From a virus (Duplodnaviria; Caudoviricetes): 55,942 bases of DNA. The notes under the pieces were generated by a model. It was not told the origin of the DNA and searched no databases. It was given only the letters and a program-made list of their open reading frames with translations. Every line of letters starts with the position of its first letter. Positions within the stretch are counted from its first letter, which is position 1. The position numbers and the translations under genes are program-made. Of this stretch, positions 50,363 through 55,942 are shown one piece after another. Location: IMG/VR virus record IMGVR_UViG_3300042893_000841, positions 1 to 55,942 of that record. The stretch is one strand, 5' to 3'.

Positions 50363-51871
50363 ATGAAAAAAATTATTAGGCTTAGTGAAAGCAACTTAAT
50401 TAAGTTAATTAAAAATATTTTAACAGAAGATGAATCAGAGAACTATGAGATATCTTCACAACAATATATGGACCTTTTAAAGAGGGTAAATAATATTGCT
50501 CATGCTATACCTAAACTACCCCAATTCAAAGGAAAAAGAATTGTTGTTAATGGAAGTTTAGATTTATCTAAAAAACCAATCACAAGTTTGGGTAATATTA
50601 TTGTAAATGGAAATTTAGGTATTTCAAACACTAATATAAAAAGTTTAGAAGGAGTTGAGGTTAAAGGACATATGAGTTATTGGAATACTCCATATTACGA
50701 AGTACAACAAAAAATTGCTAAACAAAAATTATATAGTGATGCTGAAGAAAGAAGAGAAGATAATGAGTGGGATTTAAATAATACTGATACTGAAGGTGAA
50801 ATGGCAAATGTTGCTTTTAAATACGCGGTTTCGGAGGGATTATTAGAGGTTTTGAGTGATGAAGAAAAACAAGAACTAATAGATTTAAAAAATAGAATAT
50901 CTGAATTAGAATCACGAATGGAAGTGGAAGATGATGAGGATATTTATGATGAATTATCGGAGGAAGTTGATGAGATGCAAGAAAGAATTGATAAATTATC
51001 GGAATATGTTGATATATATGACTTAGTCCCATCTGGAAGACATTATGATTTACACACGTTTGAGTCTTTAACAGAACAATTTACAATTTCTGTTGGTACC
51101 ACAGATGAAGCTGATGAATCAGTTAAAGATTATTTTCAAGATTGGATTGATAACCCAGAACATTATTTAAGTGCGAACCAATTAGAAGATCATATTGATG
51201 GTGACCAAGTTGCAGATGACTGGGAGGAAACCATTAGAGAATGGATATATGATAGTCCTGACTCATATTCTGTTGATAAAGAACTAAGTCGTGACCAAGA
51301 AGATGAAATTTGGTTACTTGAAATGGAAATGTGGGTATATAGAAATGAAGGGTTAAGAGCCCCAATTAAATACCCAACAAAAGAAGAAAATGGAAGAGTT
51401 TTTAATTTTTATGATGATGACACAGAAATTGAGTATGATTATAAAAATGAAAGTAGTGATCCACAAAAATCTCATTGGGTTTTATATAAAGATGGTGTGG
51501 TTGTCTCGCCACGTCAAATATATGACGATGAAGACACACAAGAACACGAAGATGAACGTGACAGTAGAATTTCAGATATTGAATCTGAAATAGATAATAT
51601 AAAAGATGACCCAGATGGGGATTTAGATGAAAGCTCCGTTGAAAGCTCCGTTGAAGACCAAAAATATGAAATTAGTCGTAATCCTGTTAATTTTTTAAAA
51701 AATGAAATGGGTTTTGATTCAAGTGATATTATTAAATATGTCGATAAAGATGGTCTTTTAGATAGTTTAATAAGTGATACTGATTATGGTGAAGCTCTTA
51801 ATGGTTATGATAATACTTACGATGAAATGACTATTAATGGTACTGAATATGTTGTAATGAGAACAGATTAA
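50363..51871 (+). CDS. Highly acidic, probable virion-internal protein
   Basis: MKKIIRLSESNLIKLIKNILTE leader; short V.G.L.L solenoid repeats; D/E-rich body. Confidence 0.6.
   Translation: MKKIIRLSESNLIKLIKNILTEDESENYEISSQQYMDLLKRVNNIAHAIPKLPQFKGKRIVVNGSLDLSKKPITSLGNIIVNGNLGISNTNIKSLEGVEVKGHMSYWNTPYYEVQQKIAKQKLYSDAEERREDNEWDLNNTDTEGEMANVAFKYAVSEGLLEVLSDEEKQELIDLKNRISELESRMEVEDDEDIYDELSEEVDEMQERIDKLSEYVDIYDLVPSGRHYDLHTFESLTEQFTISVGTTDEADESVKDYFQDWIDNPEHYLSANQLEDHIDGDQVADDWEETIREWIYDSPDSYSVDKELSRDQEDEIWLLEMEMWVYRNEGLRAPIKYPTKEENGRVFNFYDDDTEIEYDYKNESSDPQKSHWVLYKDGVVVSPRQIYDDEDTQEHEDERDSRISDIESEIDNIKDDPDGDLDESSVESSVEDQKYEISRNPVNFLKNEMGFDSSDIIKYVDKDGLLDSLISDTDYGEALNGYDNTYDEMTINGTEYVVMRTD
51629..51652 (+). 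repeat. 12-bp in-frame tandem duplication (GAAAGCTCCGTT x2; ESSV)
   Basis: Direct reading. Confidence 0.85.
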
Positions 51872-51910
51872 TATTTACAGAATTAGAATATATGTTTATG
51901 TTTATGTCAA

Positions 51911-52693
51911 ATGGGAAGAAAAAAGAAAATAGAGTTTTTAATGAGCACCGACTGGATGTTTGAAAAACCAATTGACAGAGAACACAAGGAATATAGATTA
52001 CTATCATATTTTCAAAAAATGGGTGAAAAATTGGATAAGATGGAACTTTACCCAGGTTTTATTGAATTATCATTGCATTTAGCAAATGTTCAAACTCTAA
52101 TAAAAGATAAAAAAATAATCTACACTAATAAAAAATTCGCAACAGTTGATGACGAACTGTTGGTAAAGGATTTAAAGGTAAGGGACGTTCCTGAGATGTC
52201 TGAAGAGGAATATCAAGAATTTATAAAAATATTATCATATTCCGCCCCAAGAATGTTTGAATATTTTGGTATTGCAAAATCTGTATGGGAATTAGTTTTT
52301 GATAGTGTAAATCTGAAAGTTAGAAAAAATACAAAAAACATATTATCCTTAAAAGGTTATTTTTATCATACCGATGAAAAAACAAAAAAATGGTATATTT
52401 GGGAATACGAGAAAAAACCAGCAGCAAAAGGATCTCCTGAAAATATTATGGTTGTTAATTTAATTTATTCCGATGTGAAAAATGATTTGACAATACCTAA
52501 AATAGTTTCTACATTTAGTCGATGGAATGTTGATGGAGGCACAAAAATGCCTGTGGTTGAAATGTTAAGTAAAGGAGATTTCCCAATAAATGAAACTCTT
52601 TTGCCTTTATTTAAAAGAAAATTAATTTCTTACATTGACCAAAAACAACTTATTGAAAATTATAAAAAGAAAAAAGAAGAATTAAATTCTTAA
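51911..52693 (+). CDS. Hypothetical protein
   Basis: DW.FEKPID.EHKEY.LLSY motif; TTTACA-N17-TATGTT upstream (51874-51902). Confidence 0.6.
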   Translation: MGRKKKIEFLMSTDWMFEKPIDREHKEYRLLSYFQKMGEKLDKMELYPGFIELSLHLANVQTLIKDKKIIYTNKKFATVDDELLVKDLKVRDVPEMSEEEYQEFIKILSYSAPRMFEYFGIAKSVWELVFDSVNLKVRKNTKNILSLKGYFYHTDEKTKKWYIWEYEKKPAAKGSPENIMVVNLIYSDVKNDLTIPKIVSTFSRWNVDGGTKMPVVEMLSKGDFPINETLLPLFKRKLISYIDQKQLIENYKKKKEELNS

Positions 52694-52696
52694 ATA

Positions 52697-52879
52697 ATGG
52701 GTTTTAATAAAAGATTTTTAAAGAAAGAAAACATCCTTATTCATCTTAATGACATTATGACCTATTTGGATGCTGATGCGGTTATCAGTACAGATGAATT
52801 TTCACATAATGTTTACAAAATATTTAATGAGGGAAAAACAAAAGAGGAAATAATAAAATATATAATAGAAAATAAATAA
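52697..52879 (+). CDS. Small hypothetical protein
   Basis: MGFNKRF N-terminus; operon ORF. Confidence 0.55.
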   Translation: MGFNKRFLKKENILIHLNDIMTYLDADAVISTDEFSHNVYKIFNEGKTKEEIIKYIIENK

Positions 52880-52887
52880 AAAGTAAT

Positions 52888-53715
52888 ATGGAATTATTAG
52901 AAGGAATGAGAAATGACTGTAAAGAAGGAAACATAAGTTGGTTTCCTGAAAGACAAAAAACATTAATTGACTTAATAAAAAAAAATAAACCTCATAGTAT
53001 AATTGAGATTGGTTTTAATATGGGCCACTCATCTCTAATAATATGTGATACTATTGCTAGAATGAAACAAGATGGTGAGTTTGACGATGAACCGGTAACC
53101 ATTAATATTTTTGATATTTGTGAACACGAATGTACTGTAGAAAATTTTGAAATACTTTCAGAATCGGTTAAACCTTATGGGATATTTATGAATCTAATTC
53201 CAGGGTCTTCTTTAGATACTATACCTAATTTTATGAAGGCTCACGATATTATGTTTGACTTTGTTGAAATTGATGGGTGTCATACTTATGAATGTTTACT
53301 TAAGGATGTTGAAAATACCTGGGACAGAGTTAAACCTGGGGGTATAATTTATATAGATGATTATAAATCTACTGAGGTTAATATACCTGATGTTGATAGA
53401 GGTATTGAAAGTATTAATTGGGAAGGATTTAACACTTATTATATTGATGGTGCATTTTGGGCCAAAAAGAAATTTTTAACACTTGAAGATTTATTAAAAC
53501 CTTATGAACAAGTTAATCACCCCCAACATTATGGAGGAGAAGATAATATTTATGAGGTAATCAAAGTGATAGATGCTTGGGATTTGGGATTCTCACTTGG
53601 TAACACAGTAAAGTATATTTCAAGAGCGGGAAAAAAGAATAAGGAAAAAGAATTAGAGGATCTTAAAAAGGCTTTATGGTATTTACAACACCATATTAGT
53701 AACTTAGAAAATTAA
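52888..53715 (+). CDS. SAM methyltransferase (Methyltransf_24-like) fused to DUF3310 domain
   Basis: EIGFNMGHS, GSS, IDGCHTYE, KPGG.I.IDDY; then VNHPQHY...GNTVKYISRAGKK...EDLKKALWYL. Confidence 0.75.
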   Translation: MELLEGMRNDCKEGNISWFPERQKTLIDLIKKNKPHSIIEIGFNMGHSSLIICDTIARMKQDGEFDDEPVTINIFDICEHECTVENFEILSESVKPYGIFMNLIPGSSLDTIPNFMKAHDIMFDFVEIDGCHTYECLLKDVENTWDRVKPGGIIYIDDYKSTEVNIPDVDRGIESINWEGFNTYYIDGAFWAKKKFLTLEDLLKPYEQVNHPQHYGGEDNIYEVIKVIDAWDLGFSLGNTVKYISRAGKKNKEKELEDLKKALWYLQHHISNLEN

Positions 53716-54062
53716 GGTTTGATTATGACACTATCACCTTCTTTTATGTCATATTTGTCAGAATCACCACCATTAATTTCTAAAATTAAATCACCTTCAC
53801 CTTGATATGTTTGACATTTTTCTTTATTACAAGGGGGACAATCCTTATGTATCTTTGAAACTTTCATATCCTTTATAAAAATAATATCCAAATGAGTTTT
53901 ACAATTTTTCATCCAAAAAGAATGTTGCCCTGGTTTCATAACAAACAACATCCCATTGATATTATCACTAAAAGAGTTATTCATCATACCGTGTTCAATA
54001 TCCTTTTCGGAAATCATTGTAACAACATTAAACAAATTATTATTAATTATTACTTCATTCAT
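53712..54062 (-). CDS. DUF192 family protein
   Basis: GMM, GMLF, FWMKNC..LDIIFI, PC, LEINGG. Confidence 0.85.
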   Translation of the reverse strand: MNEVIINNNLFNVVTMISEKDIEHGMMNNSFSDNINGMLFVMKPGQHSFWMKNCKTHLDIIFIKDMKVSKIHKDCPPCNKEKCQTYQGEGDLILEINGGDSDKYDIKEGDSVIIKP

Positions 54063-54074
54063 ATTTATAAATAT
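54061..54074. promoter_or_regulatory. Palindromic bidirectional late-type promoter
   Basis: ATATTTATAAATAT contains TATTTAT on both strands between divergent genes. Confidence 0.5.
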
Positions 54075-54080
54075 TAAGTT

Positions 54081-54500
54081 ATGGCAGATTTTAAAAGATA
54101 TTCCGGAATACTACTAAAAAATAAAGACAATGTCTTATTATGTAAACGATCACCTAAAGAATCATTAGCGAATCAATGGTCTTTACCTTCAGGACATATT
54201 GAAGGCAAAGAATCGCCTTCAGATGCAGCATTAAGAGAATTTTATGAAGAAACCAACATCAAATTAAAAAATGATATTAATTTAGTTGGATTCATAAACA
54301 AATACAAAGAAGACGGAATAACAAAAAGAGGTATAATGTATGTGTTTAAATCAGAAACAAACACTGAAATCCTACCAAATTTAACTAAGGCTAAAGATGG
54401 TCACGAACATACAAAATGTAAGTATTTTAGTAAAAATGAAATACCAGTGGGTAAAAATAACGAACAATTGTTAAAAATTATTAAAAAAATTTTAAAATAA
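54081..54500 (+). CDS. NUDIX hydrolase
   Basis: PSGHIEGKESPSDAALREFYEETNI Nudix box. Confidence 0.9.
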   Translation: MADFKRYSGILLKNKDNVLLCKRSPKESLANQWSLPSGHIEGKESPSDAALREFYEETNIKLKNDINLVGFINKYKEDGITKRGIMYVFKSETNTEILPNLTKAKDGHEHTKCKYFSKNEIPVGKNNEQLLKIIKKILK

Positions 54501-54585
54501 ATTGGTTTTTGGTAAGTATTGTGGTATTTATAATACACAAAACTTAACCCACCTTCTTCTTAAAATTAAAAAATGGTTTAGTCTC

Positions 54586-54626
54586 AAAGCCCGCAAAATT
54601 TGTAAAAAAATATTTGTGGGTTTTTT
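54586..54626 (+). terminator. Intrinsic terminator
   Basis: AAGCCCGCAAA...TTTGTGGGTTTTTT. Confidence 0.65.
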
Positions 54627-54656
54627 GTTTTTATAAGAATAAAATGTTTATATTTG
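54624..54656 (+). promoter_or_regulatory. Bacteroidota-type (early) promoter
   Basis: TTTG-N21-TATATTTG. Confidence 0.6.
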
Positions 54657-54660
54657 TACT

Positions 54661-54936
54661 ATGAATAAAACAGGATATAATATTAGAGTGATAAACGAAA
54701 AGATGGGTGAATTCATCAACGAGACATTTGTTGACCAACTACAATTTAAATTGTTTTTAAAAATGGTACACGGATGTATTGAATTGGGTGAAGACCTATC
54801 ATTCTTTAATGGGACTACTTTTTTGGTACACATACCAAATAAAATTCTTAAGGATAGTGTTGTAATTACCACAACTAAAGAGGTAAGTATTGTTGAACAA
54901 GTTAAAAGCAAAATTGAGGCTTTTGTAACCAAATAA
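54661..54936 (+). CDS. Hypothetical protein
   Basis: Immediately follows the promoter. Confidence 0.6.
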   Translation: MNKTGYNIRVINEKMGEFINETFVDQLQFKLFLKMVHGCIELGEDLSFFNGTTFLVHIPNKILKDSVVITTTKEVSIVEQVKSKIEAFVTK

Positions 54937-54947
54937 TGAAGTGTATT

Positions 54948-55388
54948 ATGAAAAATGTTTTTTATTTAATTTTAGTGGTTTTTGGGTTAACGTCTTGTAC
55001 GAAAGAAAATATCGGACCACCAAACCCACCACAACCAATTATCACGGATAGTACAACTATTGACTCAACATATAATTTGATTGGACAGACCTGGGTAATT
55101 AATGGGTACCGAGTTGGAGAAATTGGAAGTATTATAACAACTAACGATACCGTAACTTTCAATACATTAATAGGTTATGAGTTTAACGGAAATCCTGCAA
55201 CATACTCGTTCTACCCAACCGCATCGGCATATAATCTAACAATGAACTATACTCCTTGGGGTAATTTAAGTGGAACCATTTATGAGGGTAATCTTATTTA
55301 TGGTAGTATATTAGGATTAAAGTTTACTGATATAACTATGGGATCTGGTAATCAAACTAATTACTATCTGTGGATGTTTAGAATTTAG
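54948..55388 (+). CDS. Lipoprotein (lipocalin-like Bacteroidota type)
   Basis: Signal peptide with lipobox LTSC-TKE; LIGQTW motif. Confidence 0.7.
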   Translation: MKNVFYLILVVFGLTSCTKENIGPPNPPQPIITDSTTIDSTYNLIGQTWVINGYRVGEIGSIITTNDTVTFNTLIGYEFNGNPATYSFYPTASAYNLTMNYTPWGNLSGTIYEGNLIYGSILGLKFTDITMGSGNQTNYYLWMFRI

Positions 55389-55447
55389 TTTCCTTGTTTA
55401 TAAAAATAAGGTGGTGGAAGATCGACACAATCCTTGTGCGACCCTAT

Positions 55448-55477
55448 AAAAGGAATCAGAAATGGTTCCTTTTTTTT
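55448..55477 (+). terminator. Intrinsic terminator
   Basis: AAAAGGAATC-loop-GGTTCCTTTTTTT. Confidence 0.75.
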
Positions 55478-55506
55478 GTTTTATTAGAAAATTATTCTTA
55501 AATTTG
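55475..55506 (+). promoter_or_regulatory. Bacteroidota-type (early) promoter
   Basis: TTTG-N20-TAAATTTG. Confidence 0.6.
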
Positions 55507-55510
55507 TTTT

Positions 55511-55903
55511 ATGGAAAAAATGTTATATTTAGTTAGAGGAATACCAGGAAGTGGTAAGTCTACATTTGCAAAACAATTAGCCCCAAATTGGGTTTTTGAA
55601 GCAGACCATTATTTTTATGATAAAAATGGGAACTATAATTTTATTGCGTCTGAAATAAAAGAGGCACATAAAGAGTGTCAAAAATATGTTGGATACGCGA
55701 TGGAGTCAAACACACCAAAAATTGCCGTATCAAACACATTTACACAAGAGTGGGAATTACAACCTTACTATGAGTTGGCGATTAAATACGGTTATTATGT
55801 AACTTGTATTGTGGTTGAAAATAGACACGGAGGTGTAAACCAACACGGAGTACCTGAAGAAAAAGTAGAACAAATGAAAAACCGTTTTGAAATAAAATTA
55901 TGA
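55511..55903 (+). CDS. P-loop kinase (AAA_33 / polynucleotide-kinase-like)
   Basis: RGIPGSGKST, EADHYF, AHKECQ, VSNTF, HGVP. Confidence 0.85.
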   Translation: MEKMLYLVRGIPGSGKSTFAKQLAPNWVFEADHYFYDKNGNYNFIASEIKEAHKECQKYVGYAMESNTPKIAVSNTFTQEWELQPYYELAIKYGYYVTCIVVENRHGGVNQHGVPEEKVEQMKNRFEIKL

Positions 55904-55942
55904 GTTTTAAAAAATTATTGACAACAGGAAAAGTGTGGATAA
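55900..55942 (+). CDS. 5' end of a gene truncated by window edge
   Basis: ATGA overlap; MSFKKLLTTGKVWI. Confidence 0.5.
   Translation, partial: MSFKKLLTTGKVWI

Noticed and set aside
485-55162. Many 60-155 aa ORFs nested within or antisense to long genes
   Set aside because: Shadow ORFs with no motifs, promoters or coupling
1-55942. Eukaryotic giant virus or bacterial chromosome origin
   Set aside because: Sigma factor, DnaG primase, baseplate genes, coupled operons and intrinsic terminators indicate a phage; no housekeeping operons or NCLDV core genes seen
1-55942. Stop-codon reassignment, DGR/retron, introns/inteins, IS elements
   Set aside because: Genes are full length in code 11; no reverse transcriptase, transposase, homing endonuclease or TR/VR repeat pair seen

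Overview
AT-rich, gene-dense segment (standard code 11) of a large tailed bacteriophage, most likely a myovirus-like jumbo/large phage of Bacteroidota. Host evidence: SprB-repeat proteins, a Bacteroidota-type RpoD-like sigma factor, an Hc1/histone-H1-like protein, TTTG-N19-21-TAnnTTTG promoters and A-rich leaders without Shine-Dalgarno motifs. 1-19.6 kb is a tail/baseplate/fibre module of Cys-rich, Pro/Thr-rich proteins with an embedded glycosyltransferase. 17-31 kb carries recombination/replication genes (RuvC-like, primase, PD-(D/E)XK exonuclease, SbcD/SbcC), an m4C MTase + nuclease pair and the sigma factor. 32-38 kb holds membrane/lysis-like and probable head-associated proteins. 38-56 kb is accessory (DnaJ, Dam, LRR protein, DUF932, Trx/Grx, acidic paralogs, MTase-DUF3310, NUDIX, kinase). 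Top leads: (1) a plant SERGT/HPAT-like peptidyl O-glycosyltransferase among mucin/extensin-like fibre genes, suggesting phage-encoded virion O-glycosylation; (2) a ~220-nt structured ncRNA with its own host-type promoter and terminator; (3) a degenerate MetK-like protein; (4) three distinct promoter classes. All family calls are by eye from motifs, with no database searches.
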